Shown here: in pieces, positions 1 through 12,514 of the stretch
Numbering within the stretch: the stretch's first letter is position 1
Layout: every line of letters begins with the position of its first letter
DNA from: Methanotrichaceae archaeon
Lineage (GTDB): Archaea > Halobacteriota > Methanosarcinia > Methanotrichales > Methanotrichaceae
Direction of reading: 5' to 3'
Assembly (NCBI GenBank): GCA_963754945.1
Contig: CAVWIG010000017.1
Span: forward strand, 1 to 64,000
DNA length: 64,000 nt
The notes under the pieces: generated by a model
The model's input: the letters and a program-made list of their open reading frames with translations, nothing else
Database searches by the model: none
Told to the model about the DNA's origin: nothing
Position numbers and translations under genes: made by a program

Positions 1-221
1 GATACGGTTCTGCATCTGCCTGTTGCGCCGCTTCTAGCTGCATTACAAGGTTCAAGAACCAGGTCAGAAGCTTCTTTAGTCCATCTTCCTGATCGATAAG
101 GTAATCTTCCAAGAGTGCTATGGGTATCATGGTCCTGTGTCCTCCTTTTCTCAAGATTGGATAGGATACAGGGCCGATAATCATTCTTATTATCAAAGTA
201 CAGAAAAATCGTTACACTGCC
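1..221 (-). mobile_element. IS256-family element, left end plus transposase 5' end (runs off window)
   Basis: Minus strand from ATG at 130 reads MIPIALLEDYLIDQEDGLKKLLTWFLNLVMQLEAAQQADAEPY, like methanogen IS256 transposase N-termini. The end GGCAGTGTAAC at 221 abuts an ISH1-group fragment. Confidence 0.75.
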
Positions 222-431
222 GTAGAAGGTGGGCAGTTGAAGGCTTCTTCTCATCGATCAAGCGTATCTTTGGTGAGACGGTTCGGGCATCTTCACCAGA
301 AGGAATGGTCGCCGAGATTAAAAGAGCATTCATTTTGTATGATATACTTAGGAGCATATAAGTAATTAGTTAAAATAAATTATGAATTCTTGAATAACGA
401 AATAATACTATAATAATCATGCGACACAGCA
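222..431 (+). mobile_element. 3' part of an IS5-family (ISH1 group) element interrupted by IS256
   Basis: Near-identical to 63309-63518, including the terminal CGACACAGCA and the transposase C-terminus RRWAVEGFFSSIKR...ILRSI. Confidence 0.9.
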
Positions 432-520
432 CCTTTACGTGAAAAATAGGCGATAAGGCTCTTTGAATTTGCCATTTACTATCCCCCATTCCAATCAATC
501 CTCATTTTTTATTCTACCCA

Positions 521-1417
<897 letters not shown>

Positions 1418-1466
1418 TCACCCACTTTACTCACAATTTCGCTCTTTCTCGGACCTGCAGATAATA

Positions 1467-1889
1467 TCAATTCGTTTTCAATTTCTTGTATTCTTCACCC
1501 GTTACAGGTTCCAGCCATACGGCATCCCCTTTCTGGGGATTGGTAATTACGGCAATATGTACAAGCCAGCTATCCGGTGTGGCACCATGCCAATGCTTCA
1601 CATTAGGGTTGATTCTTACTACATCTCCTTCCTGGATAACCCGTGCCGATTTGCCTTCTTCCTGAAAATATCCTTTACCGCCGGTAACAAGCAGGAGCTG
1701 CCCACCCGGATGCTTATGCCAATTATTTCTTGCGCCCGGCTCAAAAGTTACATTAGCTATTTGGCAATTGAAGGTGCAGTCCATAGGAACCAACGTTTCA
1801 ACCGATGCCGTCCCTATAAAATGCTCATCCGTAATTTTTTGGCCTTTCGGGAAGATTACACTCTCACTTAAATCGTTTGGTTTATTCAT
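1467..1889 (-). CDS. Cupin domain protein
   Basis: Cupin motifs VTFEPGARNNWHKHPGGQ and VKHWHGA. Start chosen at MNKPND, downstream of the ADH stop. Confidence 0.88.
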   Translation of the reverse strand: MNKPNDLSESVIFPKGQKITDEHFIGTASVETLVPMDCTFNCQIANVTFEPGARNNWHKHPGGQLLLVTGGKGYFQEEGKSARVIQEGDVVRINPNVKHWHGATPDSWLVHIAVITNPQKGDAVWLEPVTGEEYKKLKTN

Positions 1890-1911
1890 GTTCGAATCAT
1901 CCTTTCTTTTT

Positions 1912-3081
1912 TTATTTATAAGATTCTCTGTAAATAGCAATACATTCATCGACACTGATTTCTCTTCTGTCGCACGTAAACAAGAACCCCATCGTATCTT
2001 TAGCATTCTTTGCCATTGTTTCAAATTCGTCAGGCTTAATACCGTAATCGGACATTTTGAGGTCAGCAACGCCGCAATCTTTCTGCAATTTGGCCAACAT
2101 TGTGATGAAATCCATCGGCTCTTTCGCATCCTCCATCCCCATGGCCTTTGCCATTCTTACAAATCTGTCGTCACATGCATGCTTATCAATGAGATGCGTG
2201 AAATACGCTTTGCTGATCATGATCAGGCCTGAACCGTGCGGAAGTTCCTGATGATAGGCCGACATGGCATGTTCCAGAGAATGCTGGCTGGTGCAACGCC
2301 CCACAGACATCACCAGACCTGAAAGCGTGCTGCCAAAAGCAACCTTTTTGCGTGCGTCAATGTCCAAGCCGTCTTTAACCGCAATTGCCAGATTTAGGTT
2401 TATATTTTCGATCGCTGTGATGGCATACATATCGCTCATGAGGTTGACACCGTTCGAAACATAGCCCTCTACGCTATGGAACAACGCATCGAATCCTTGA
2501 TAAGTCGTGTATTTGGGCGGCACGGTAAGCATTATCTCCGGATCGACAATTGCCAGAACCGGAAACAGATCAACATGCACAAATCCTGTTTTCTCGTGTT
2601 TTTCAACGTTCGTAATTACTGTCCCCGGGTCCGTCTCGGAGCCTGTTCCGGCTGTCGTTGTGATGGCTACAATCGGAAGCGGTTTGTTCTCGACCGGTTT
2701 GCCTTTTCCGCTTCCCGAAGGAATATAATCCCAGTAATCCCCATCGTTAGTGGCCATTACTGCGATTGCCTTTGCAGCATCTATACAGCTTCCGCCACCT
2801 AGAGCGACAATAAAATCAATGCCATTTTCTTTTGCAAAGGCACCGCCTGCCATTACTGTTGATTTCAATGGATTGGCTTCAACCCTGTCAAACACCGCAG
2901 TTTCTATTCCTGCTAGTTTCATCTGCTCTTCTGTTCTTACGAGATAGCCGTTTGCTCTTGCGGACTTTCCGCTTGAAATAACAATCATGGCTTTCTTGCC
3001 AGGCATCTTCTGAGTGTGCAGATTATTTAATTCTCCTGCCCCAAACAAAATTCTGGTAGGTACATACATATTAAAACTCAT
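1912..3081 (-). CDS. Iron-containing alcohol dehydrogenase (butanol dehydrogenase-like)
   Basis: Motifs ALGGGSCIDAAK, TTAGTGSE, DALFHSVE and HSLEH...HG. Confidence 0.93.
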   Translation of the reverse strand: MSFNMYVPTRILFGAGELNNLHTQKMPGKKAMIVISSGKSARANGYLVRTEEQMKLAGIETAVFDRVEANPLKSTVMAGGAFAKENGIDFIVALGGGSCIDAAKAIAVMATNDGDYWDYIPSGSGKGKPVENKPLPIVAITTTAGTGSETDPGTVITNVEKHEKTGFVHVDLFPVLAIVDPEIMLTVPPKYTTYQGFDALFHSVEGYVSNGVNLMSDMYAITAIENINLNLAIAVKDGLDIDARKKVAFGSTLSGLVMSVGRCTSQHSLEHAMSAYHQELPHGSGLIMISKAYFTHLIDKHACDDRFVRMAKAMGMEDAKEPMDFITMLAKLQKDCGVADLKMSDYGIKPDEFETMAKNAKDTMGFLFTCDRREISVDECIAIYRESYK

Positions 3082-3273
3082 ATCAAATCTCCATGTTCAA
3101 TAGCTTTTTTTTCCGCCCTTTCTTAGACTTGCGGATCGTGCCAACACCTTTTTCATTTTATCATCTTACAACTGCTTCGCCGGTATCTTCTGATATATTT
3201 GTATACATCAAGCACGTAAGGTATAAATATGTCGTACATACAAACATGTTACATACTAACAGGATTGATACTA

Positions 3274-3624
3274 ATGGACTCAGCTCCCAAAGATCACAAG
3301 TATGATTGGCCGATCGATGCAACCCTGGATGTGATCGGGGGCAAATGGAAACCGCTGATCATATATGCGTTAAATGATGAGACGCTGCGTTTTAGCCAGT
3401 TACTGGGCAAGCTACAGCCCAGAATCACCCAGAGGATGCTTACAAAACAGCTTCGCCAGCTTGAGGAAGATGAACTTATCATCAGAAAGGTTTACGCGCA
3501 GGTTCCGCCTAAAGTAGAATATTCGCTCACGGAAACAGGAAAATCTCTGATGCCGATTCTCGATCAGCTCTGCGAGTGGGGATACGAACACATGGGGGAC
3601 CGTATTGAGTACAAATGTGAATAA
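3274..3624 (+). CDS. HxlR-family winged-helix transcriptional regulator
   Basis: IGGKWK, ITQRMLTKQLRQLE and VPPKVEYSLT motifs. Divergent from the ADH/cupin/AKR operon. Confidence 0.92.
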   Translation: MDSAPKDHKYDWPIDATLDVIGGKWKPLIIYALNDETLRFSQLLGKLQPRITQRMLTKQLRQLEEDELIIRKVYAQVPPKVEYSLTETGKSLMPILDQLCEWGYEHMGDRIEYKCE

Positions 3625-3626
3625 TA

Positions 3627-4202
3627 ATGGTGCTGCTCATGGTAACACGTTGCAGTTGGGTGGGCAATGATCCTCTGATCATCGAGTACCACGATAAAGA
3701 ATGGGGTGTGCCTGTTCACGACGATCGGCTTCTATTCGAGTTCCTGATCCTGGAAGGAGCCCAAGCTGGTCTGAGCTGGATTACGATACTTCGAAAAAGA
3801 GAGAATTACCGCCGGTGCTTCGATAACTTCGTCCCTGCCGAGGTTGCGAAGTACGATGACAAGAAGGTCGTTGATTTGCTGGCAGATCCTGGCATCGTGC
3901 GCAACCGTCGCAAGATTGATGCCGCAATCAAGAATGCCAGGGCTTTCTTGGAAATCCAGAATGAGTTCGGAAGCTTTGACGCGTACATATGGAAATTCGT
4001 TGGCGGAAGGCCCGTGCAAAACGGACGGAAAGAACTGTCAGAGATACCTGCCACTACGCCAGAGTCCAAGCGGATGAGCGAGGATCTGGTGAACCGAGGT
4101 CTCAAGTTCGTTGGTCCTTCTATATGCTACGCTTTCATGCAGGCTGTGGGCATGGTCAACGACCACACTATGGATTGTTTCCGATACGCAGAGATTGGGT
4201 AG
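3627..4202 (+). CDS. tag: DNA-3-methyladenine glycosylase I
   Basis: RCSW, YHDKEWG, LEGAQAGLSW and QAVGMVNDH motifs. The start may be 3639. Confidence 0.95.
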   Translation: MVLLMVTRCSWVGNDPLIIEYHDKEWGVPVHDDRLLFEFLILEGAQAGLSWITILRKRENYRRCFDNFVPAEVAKYDDKKVVDLLADPGIVRNRRKIDAAIKNARAFLEIQNEFGSFDAYIWKFVGGRPVQNGRKELSEIPATTPESKRMSEDLVNRGLKFVGPSICYAFMQAVGMVNDHTMDCFRYAEIG

Positions 4203-4352
4203 TCGCCTGAACCGGAGCTTAATAACTTTCTACATAAACCTTTTCATCTAATGGTGTTATCGTACTCGTGGAGGGACAGCACTGGCGAAGCCAAAAGAGA
4301 TAGGAAATCTGCATCGTGAGCTTATGTATGCCCCGAGGCGGGTGGGTGTTTA

Positions 4353-7300
4353 GTGCCCCAGAGTCCGTTTAATAATAGCTACCTTTTTTCGAACCACTAT
4401 CTGGAGAAGCTAGTGCAGAATAATCCAGAGTGGAAAAAAGAAGATCATGTGGCAGCTTTCGCAGCTATAAAAAAAGTCTACACTGCCCAGAGCGCCTTTT
4501 TCGATGGCCTAAAAGAGTCTCAGCTAGAAGAACGATTCTTCACCATAATTTTCAAGAAAATATTGCCTTTTTACGAAGTGCAGGAATCAAGCGGGCCGGA
4601 TTCACCAGACTACGCTTTTTTTGCAGCTCAGGAATCCATAGACAACGCGCACAGATCTGTCGATTCAAAGTCCTTCTTCGGCGGCGCTTTTGCCATCTGC
4701 GAAGTCAAGCGATGGGATATCGAGCTGGACCGCTTCGGCAAAGACAGGCACGATAAGCGAAGAAACCCCAGCTTTCAGATGTGGCTGTATCTGAATGAAA
4801 CTGGAGTGGACTGGGGCATTCTCTCCAACGGGCGAAAATGGCGGCTTTACCGAAAGGATAAGCCTCTCGATGTCTATTTCGAGGTAGATCTGGTTTCCTT
4901 GCTGGAAAAGAACGACCTTGATGGGTTCAAATATTATTACTATTTCTTCCGGCGCGAGGCTTTCCTGCCCAACGAAGCAGGCGAGATCTTCGTAGAGAAA
5001 GTCTTGAAGGGCTCGGCGGACTATGCCAAAGAGGTTGGTAACAATTTAAAGGAGAACGTCTACCGGGCGATGAAAAAGATAGCAGAGGGATTCTTCTCCT
5101 GGCCGGAGAACCAACTGGATTTCAATGACCAAAGGATCCGCGAGCTGGTTCAGAAGAACACAATGATCCTGCTATATCGCCTTCTGTTCTTGCTCTATGC
5201 TGAAGGTAAGGGCTTGCTGGACCTGAGAAATGAAAATTATCGAGATATGCACAGCTTCGACAAGATCAAGAAAGAGGTCGCAGTTAAGAAAGACGGTCCA
5301 GCAGAGCATTACTATCTGCCAACGAGCACATCCCTTTGGGACAGCTTGAGGAACCTCTTCCGGCTGATCGATAAAGGAAGTAAAGAATTAAAGATCGATC
5401 ATATAATCCACATTCCGGCCTACAACGGCGGCCTATTTGAGCCAGAGGAGGAGAATCGTCAACTGGATAAATGGACCATCGGAGACCGTTTCCTGGCAGA
5501 TGCCATCGATCTTTTGTCCAGGAGCGGAGTAGGCGAGGGCGGGATAGGATTTGTGGACTACTCCACTCTTGAGATCAGGCATCTGGGGAGCATCTACGAG
5601 GGCCTTTTGGAATACAAGCTGATGGTTGCGGAAAGCGATTTGGTCGTCATTGGTAGCGAAAAAGAGCGCCACTGGATCACCGTAGAAGATTACAACAAAG
5701 AAAAGAGCAAGAAAAGAGCTTTCGATGAGTTCGACGAGTTCGACCGAGTGAGGATTGGCGAGCTTTACCTGACCACCGACAAGGGCGAACGTAAGGCCAC
5801 CGGATCGTATTACACCCCGGATTACATCGTGAACTACATTGTTGCGAATACTATCGGCCCCGTTGTTGAAGAAAGATGGAAGCTGGCCGATGAGAATAAA
5901 TCGAGCAATGTAGATGCTACATTGTCGGTTAAAGTCCTCGATCCAGCCATGGGAAGCGGCCATTTCCTGGTAGGCGCAGTCGAGTTTCTGGCAGTCAAGC
6001 TGATGGCTGCTGCGCAGCGCGACATCGAAGCCGGATTGGTTGAGGACGATGGCCAGTTTACCAATGATTGGGCAAAGAGGGAGGCTGTTTCACACTGCGT
6101 TTACGGCGTTGATCTTAATGATATGGCAGTGGAGCTGGCCAAAGTATCCCTCTGGCTCACAACTATCAGTAAGGAAAAACCCTTAAGCTTCCTGGATCAC
6201 CGGCTGAAGAAAGGCAACAGCCTGATTGGAGCAAGGCTTTCAGATCTAAAGTACTATCCTGGCGGAAAGAGGAAAGACGAGACTCAGGCATCTTTGCCTT
6301 CATTTGTCTCGAAACTTTTCATGGAGAAGCTCATAGGCAAGATCAAAGAGCTGGAAGGGATAGAAGAGGATACCCTTTTCGACATCAAACGGAAGGAGCA
6401 GATCTTCGAGGAGTTCAAGGCTCTGCCTCAGTACACTAAGGCCAAAGCTATAGCGAATGTCCACACCAGTCTATATTTTGGAAACCAGATCGAGCCGACG
6501 AGAAACAAAGATGCTGACATGGTCTACCACGACATGTTCTGGGGCGTGGCCGGAGACGAAGCCGAGTGGAAGCGCAAGACCTGGGGCCAATGGTTCAGAA
6601 ATGCTCAGGAGATGGCAGATCAGAGAGCGTTTTTCCATTGGGAGCTGGAGTTTCCAGAGATATTCTTCGAAGGTGGTGCTGTCAAGAAGAATCCTGGCTG
6701 GGATGCTGTGATAGGGAATCCGCCATATATTCGCGAAGAAACAATCAGCAATGATTCATGGTTCTTTAAGATTAAATTTAATTATATCTTTGAAGGAAAA
6801 GCAGATATTTATGTCTATTTTATCGGACAAAGCTTGAACCTTGCAAAACATAATGGTTTCTATGGAATAATCGTATCAAATAAATGGATGAGAGCAAAAT
6901 ATGGCTCAAAATTAAGAATATTCTTGAGGGATAATGTCAGAATTATATCCATTTTGGATTTTGGAGAGTTGCCTGTATTCAATGCTGTAGGGACATTCCC
7001 TGCTATAATCCTAATGAAAAAGGATGCTAGCAATCCAAATCAAGGTTTTTTTGCGCAAATTAAGGAATTGCCAGATAAGAAATTATTTGATCAAATTTTT
7101 GATAATACTAAGAAAATAAATATACTCCCAAATCACTTATTAAAGAGCACATGGTCATTTGATAATGATGATAAAATTAAATTGAGCCAAAGCATTGAGA
7201 AATGTTCCATTTGCCTTAAGGATTATGTCAAAAGGCCTTTGTTAGTTGGAATTAAGACTGGCTTGAATTCGGCATTTATTCTTGATAGTAATAAAGTCAA

Positions 7301-8392
7301 GGAAATAACACAGAACTTCTCCATAGAAAGCGACATTTTTAAACCGTATCTCATAGGAGATGACATACAAAAATACTCAATTAAATCATCAAATAAATAT
7401 ATTCTATTTCCTTATGATACAAACATTTCAAGTTTACCACTGATAGACCTTGAAAAATATCCAAGGACGTGCAATTATCTAACATCTATAAAAGAAAATT
7501 TATCAAAAAGAGCAATAATTCGTGATATGATACTACAAGACCAAAATAGGTGGTATTCCCTCCAACAAATAAATAAAAAAATTAATTTCTCTGTTAAGAA
7601 GATAATTTATCCTGATATTGGCAAAGAATTGAGATTACGATTGACTCATATGGATTCTTTATAGATATGACCGGATTCATTATCGAATCTGATGATTTAT
7701 ATCTCTTATCTATTTTAAACTCTAAACTCACTAAATTCCAATTAAATTCAATTTGTGCGGTCTTTGGAGATGTGGAAAAAGGAGGAAGATTGAGGTTTAA
7801 AAGCCAATATCTTGAGCGGCTTTTGATTCGTAGCATCTCCTTCACCACCCACGAGCCCGACCGGGCCCGCCTGGTCGCCGATCTGAAGCAGTTTTACCAA
7901 TCCGGTAAGTTCGAGGAAATCCTCGCCAGCGTCGAATCCTACCTGCCCAAAGACGCCCATGGCATCTTCATTTCTGAGCAAGAGAAGTCCGACGTTGTCC
8001 ACGACTTGCTTGCGTTCCTGGCCGAGCAGATGCTGGATATGAACAAGCAAAAGCAGTCCGAGATCAAGGGCTTCCTGGGCTGGCTGGAGGGCGAGGTTGG
8101 AGCGAAGGTTGAGGACCTCACGCCGAAGACCAAGATCCAGGAATACCACAAGCTGCAGTTCGATGAGCTGCTGGCCATCCTCAAGAAGAACAAACGCAAG
8201 ATTGCTATCGATCCGGCCAGGCGAGAGCCGCAAGAAAGGCTTCGGGCCGAGTTTGGCGCATCTGTGGGCAAGCTTAAGCCGCTGATGGAGCGGATTGCAG
8301 CAACTGATGGACTGATTGATCAGATTGTTTACAAGCTCTATGGGCTGACTGAAGAGGAGATTGGAATCGTGGAGGCCGGGGCGTCGAGATGA
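4353..8392 (+). CDS. Type IIG restriction-modification enzyme (Eco57I-like fused REase-N6-MTase-TRD), one frameshift near 7635
   Basis: N-terminal PDY...CEVK nuclease with WGILSNGRKWRLY; LGSIYEGLLE; GSYYTP; VLDPAMGSGHFL; GNPPY; C-tail IDQIVYKLYGLTEEEI. ORFs 4353-7664 and 7667-8392 join if one T is restored (LRFTIDSYGFFIDMT). Confidence 0.9.
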
Positions 8393-8464
8393 TGGGGGAC
8401 GAAATAAGGCTTTTATACAAAGCGATGATATAATTTAATCATAATCGATGCAAATTCTCGATAG

Positions 8465-8686
8465 GTGATCAAAATGGAAGTCCAATACATCTACGACGAA
8501 GAAGGAAGGCAGACGGGAGTGATCGTTCCTATTGAACTCTGGAACAGAATAGGCAATCTAGAAAAATTGGCTCGCAAAGACAGAGGCGAGTGGGACCCCT
8601 CGAAGTACAGAGGGATGTATAAGAACCTGAATATCGATGTGACGGAGGAGAGCAAATCTCTGAGGGATGAATGGACGAGAACTTGA
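8465..8686 (+). CDS. Putative antitoxin partner of the PIN toxin
   Basis: Small ORF (VQYIYDEEGRQTGVIVP...SLRDEW) overlapping the PIN gene. Confidence 0.75.
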   Translation: MIKMEVQYIYDEEGRQTGVIVPIELWNRIGNLEKLARKDRGEWDPSKYRGMYKNLNIDVTEESKSLRDEWTRT

Positions 8687-9066
8687 AAGGCTATCTTCTA
8701 GACACAAACATTTTGATCTATCACTTGAAAGGAGACATCCCTGAGAGGGAGATAGAGAAGCTGGAGGATATACTGAAGCGCTCCTTCATCATTTCGGTGC
8801 TCACTAAGGTTGAGTTTCTGGGATGGAGAAAGCACACCGTCGATGGCTTTCTCAAGGCCCAGGAGTTTCTCCGCCACGCGGCCATAATCCCTGTGGACGA
8901 CGAGCTGGCAGATCTGGCGATAGAATTGAGACGCAGTAATAATATTAAGCTGGCTGATGCCCTGATAGCTGCCACTGCCCTCTTGAACGAACTCGTCCTT
9001 GTTACCGGAAATGAAGATGACTTCAAGACACTTGAGGATTTGGAGATCTATAATCCTTCAGTTTAA
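8671..9066 (+). CDS. vapC: PIN-domain VapC-family toxin
   Basis: YLLDTNILI, KLADALIAATAL and LVTGNEDDF motifs. Confidence 0.9.
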   Translation: MDENLKGYLLDTNILIYHLKGDIPEREIEKLEDILKRSFIISVLTKVEFLGWRKHTVDGFLKAQEFLRHAAIIPVDDELADLAIELRRSNNIKLADALIAATALLNELVLVTGNEDDFKTLEDLEIYNPSV

Positions 9067-9119
9067 GCGTTTTATGAAGTTACACCATCAAGTTCTCCGA
9101 TTCCCAAGAATGTCGCCGC

Positions 9120-9295
9120 TATCGCACGATCGCCTTGTGGAAAAAATGCTTTCCCTCAACAAGCGTAGGTGGAATCCAGAGCCAGCCACGAGCAAACGCT
9201 CCTCCAGCGCCAGATCGAGGCCACCGATAATCAGATCGACAGATGGTGTACGAGCTTTACGATCTGACTGAGGAGAAGATGGGATTGTGAGGGGA
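9120..9295 (+). pseudogene. Decayed C-terminal tail of a second type IIG R-M gene
   Basis: Across frameshifts reads HDRLVEKMLSLNK...HEQTLLQRQIEATDNQIDR-VYELYDLTEE, paralogous to the tail at 8290-8390. Confidence 0.75.
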
Positions 9296-9405
9296 ATGTA
9301 AGTTGAAAGATGGCTACTCCATCTGGACTCCCAAGTATATCCTTAACCCTCCAATCGTACGCGGCCTGATGCAGATCGAGGCAGCCCGCGCCTTGATGGA
9401 TCATA

Positions 9406-11322
9406 CCGAAGTTTATAAAATATTGACCCAGCCCATCAGCACGTATCGTTTCTTGTAGGGTCTAACAAATTTTTATATTTTCTTGTGGCATGGTCGTTTA
9501 GTGATCTTATGATAAACACGCTTATTGAATCTATTTTTTTGGTTTCATCATCAATTAGATGATCGAAACATTTATCCACTTGTAGGGTCTAATATATGTT
9601 GTGCACTTCAAGATAAAGACCATAAAAGGGCGCAAATATCTCTATCTCATCGAGAACCAACGCATAAATGGAAAGGTAGTCCAAGTGATGCAAAAATGCG
9701 TAGGATCTCCTGATAAAGTCAATGATCTTTTTTCTTTGAAAAAGCCCGCCCATATTGCTTCTTTTTCTTTTGGGAAACCTGCCGCCTTCATAAAGGCCGC
9801 TGAAGAAGTAGGTTTGACGGATAGCATAAACCGAAATATTGATCGAAAGAAGCTCGGTGGCCTTACTCCTGCACAATACCTTCTTCTGATAATCATAGGT
9901 AGATCTGAGCATGCCTTAAGTAGGAACGTTCTCGATGAATACTTCAAAGAAAGTTCGCTTCAATTCTTTTGGAATCCGAAATATAAACTCTCTAGTCAAA
10001 ACTTTCTCAATTATATGAATGAATTAGATGAAAAAACCATTCAGAACATCGAACTTGATATATCTCGTACCTTGATCAAACGCGGACTTAAACCTACACG
10101 ACTGATATTTGACACCACGAATTTTTATACTCATATCAATCATGGTGAAAACTTACCACAAAAAGGGAACTCAAAAGAGAAGAGATACGATAAGAATCTG
10201 ATCGGAATAGGATTGACCACATCGGATCATAATATTCCGTTCAACTCATTTGTATATCCTGCAAATAAGAACGATACACAATTATTCTCTGGTCTGATTG
10301 ATGGTATCTGCAAAAGGCTTCATGATATCGATATTCCTGCAAAAGACATCGCGATAATATTTGATCGGGGTATGAATTCGACAGAAAATATTCAAAAAGC
10401 AGTGGAGCGAATGCATGTTGTCGGTTCCTTGCCTGAGTCGATGTGCAAAGAACTCTTTCAGATTCCGATTTCGGAATTCAATGAGACTTGGACGAACGCC
10501 CATGAAAATCCCTTAAGGGCCTATCGAACAGCAAAACGCTGGTATAGTCATGATTTTATAGGAATAATTAGATATAACGAACGAACTCAACAAAAACAGC
10601 TAGCTGAATGGAACCGAGTTAAAGATGAAATTCTAAATGATATAGAGAATATAAAATTAAAATTAAACAGAAATGGCAAAGGTAGAAAATTGACTCCAAA
10701 GGGTCTGATCAATCGGGTTGTAGATGCAATTCCAAAGCAATATCGCGGTTTATTTGATTATAAGGTTGTCGAAGTAGATCGAAAGTTGCAGCTCGATTTC
10801 CAGCTGAACGAAACTCGCATCCAAGAGCATGTATCTTCTATGGGAAAAACCGTCATATTTACGGATATGATGGAATTAACTTCGCGCCAGATATCGGAAT
10901 TGTATGATTCGCGCAACCAAATTGAAACGGATATCGCATGGTTAAAAGATCGATTGTTGATACCCTTGAAACCAACGTATGTCCGCAAAGATAGTAAAAT
11001 CAGGGCACATGTGTTCTTATGTGTCGTCGGAATCTTATTATATAATTATCTGCTCTATGTTATTAATGATTCCGAATTATCGATAGAACGATTGGCACAC
11101 TATTTGGATCAAGTAAGGCTTGGTGTTATCTACAACGCAGAAGCTCATGAAGCGAGCAGAACGAAATTCGATTTTGTGGTCGAAGACATGAACAAAAATA
11201 CTGCAGACGTCTTCAGCAAACTCCAACTCGGCCAATATCTTCCAGAATGAATTAATTCTTCCTTAGACCCTACATCTTTCAACATGTAACGACCGTTTTT
11301 TAAAAGATCTTATAAACTCCGG
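9406..11322 (+). mobile_element. IS1634-family insertion sequence (1917 bp)
   Basis: Inverted ends CCGAAGTTTATAA / TTATAAACTCCGG. 5-bp TSD TCATA at 9401-9405 and 11323-11327. Confidence 0.9.
9601..11250 (+). CDS. IS1634-family DDE transposase
   Basis: IFDTTNFY, KGNSKEKRYD, IFDRGM, IETDIAWLK and IRAHVFLCV motifs. Confidence 0.9.
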   Translation: MHFKIKTIKGRKYLYLIENQRINGKVVQVMQKCVGSPDKVNDLFSLKKPAHIASFSFGKPAAFIKAAEEVGLTDSINRNIDRKKLGGLTPAQYLLLIIIGRSEHALSRNVLDEYFKESSLQFFWNPKYKLSSQNFLNYMNELDEKTIQNIELDISRTLIKRGLKPTRLIFDTTNFYTHINHGENLPQKGNSKEKRYDKNLIGIGLTTSDHNIPFNSFVYPANKNDTQLFSGLIDGICKRLHDIDIPAKDIAIIFDRGMNSTENIQKAVERMHVVGSLPESMCKELFQIPISEFNETWTNAHENPLRAYRTAKRWYSHDFIGIIRYNERTQQKQLAEWNRVKDEILNDIENIKLKLNRNGKGRKLTPKGLINRVVDAIPKQYRGLFDYKVVEVDRKLQLDFQLNETRIQEHVSSMGKTVIFTDMMELTSRQISELYDSRNQIETDIAWLKDRLLIPLKPTYVRKDSKIRAHVFLCVVGILLYNYLLYVINDSELSIERLAHYLDQVRLGVIYNAEAHEASRTKFDFVVEDMNKNTADVFSKLQLGQYLPE

Positions 11323-12350
11323 TCATACTCCGCTCTCGCCCGCTGCTGAAGCCGAGCTTCGCTCCCGTGCTCGCGTGCGGGCAGCGCACTTCTCAACTTT
11401 CATTGAGGGCAATCGCCTCACTCTGGAAGAAGCCAGGGCGGTAATAATCGATGAGCGAAGGGAGATCTCGGGCCGGGAGAGGGACGTCTCCGAGGTTCGG
11501 AACTCTGGATCGCCCTCTTTGCGTGTGGAGGATTGGGCTAGGAAGAAAAAGCCCCTCACCGAGGAGCTGATCAAGAGGCTGCATTCCCTCGTGGAAAATG
11601 GCTCCAGGGCCAAGCCCGCGCCCTACCGGGATGGGCAGAACGCCATTAAGAACTCAGTAACGGGTGCTCTGATCTACCTGCCACCCGAGGCAAAGGACGT
11701 TCCAGACCTCATGGCTTCGCTGGTGGTGTGGGCAAACGAGGCCGAGAAGTCCGGGCTTCCTGTTCCCCTCATCGCCGGTCTGGTCCACTACCAGTTCGTG
11801 ACCATCCACCCCTACTACGATGGCAACGGCAGGACAGCCCGCCTACTGGCTACCTTTATACTCCACAGAGGCGGCTACGGCCTGGGCGGCTTCTTCTCCC
11901 TGGAGGAACACTATGCCAGCGACCTGCAGAGCTACTACCGCGCCCTTACCACCCATCCACACCACAACTACTACTTCGGCAGAAGCGAGGCAGACCTCAC
12001 ACCCTGGCTTGAATACTTCATCTCCACTTTAGCAGATGTCTTCGAAGCCGTCAGGCAGAGGGCCCAGAAGTGTGCGGAAAATGGAATGCCCATCGAGCTC
12101 GATGATTTGCGCCGTCTGGATCACAGAGCGAGGTTTGTGCTGGGCCTATTTGCCAAAAAGGAGATCATCACAGCCCCAGAGGTGGCCGGAAGAGCTGGCC
12201 CTGTCCGAGCGCATGGCCAGAAACCTACTAAAGGATTGGGTGGAGGATGGATGGCTGCAGGTTTCAAATCCCTCACGCGGTGCCAGAGCCTACAGTTTAT
12301 CGGCAAAATATCGGCAATACATCGGCAGCTTATCGGCAATGCATCAGGAG

Positions 12351-12452
12351 GTGAGAACGACGAACAGTGATTACTCTGAAGACGCCATGATGAGCAACCC
12401 ACTATCGCCTTTTTCTCTGCCTTGGCTGGCAGACTCTGAAACTGCTTCATGA
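12351..12452 (+). pseudogene. 5' stub of a type I restriction subunit (HsdR-like)
   Basis: Across frameshifts reads DYSEDA..EQPTIAFFSALGWQTL, resembling HsdR N-termini. No continuation follows. Confidence 0.5.
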
Positions 12453-12514
12453 GTCTCCCTTCTCTAAAAGCTTATATTGTCCCTTCGCATCCTATCAGTG
12501 GTAGGAGAGGAACG

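Larger units (their letters stand above)
9303..12370 (+). pseudogene. Fic-domain protein with C-terminal HTH, disrupted by IS1634 (plus a frameshift near 12189)
   Basis: Removing the IS and one TCATA restores ...EAARALMDH-TPLSPAAEAELR... Fic motif HPYYDGNGRTAR. The HTH continues in frame 12036-12452. Confidence 0.87.

Noticed and set aside
137-361. 74-aa ORF as a real gene
   Set aside because: Chimera of the IS256 end and the ISH1-group transposase tail.
7625-7670. Type IIG frameshift as phase variation or a separate specificity subunit
   Set aside because: There is no repeat tract, and one missing T restores the frame. It cannot be distinguished from the window's indel noise.
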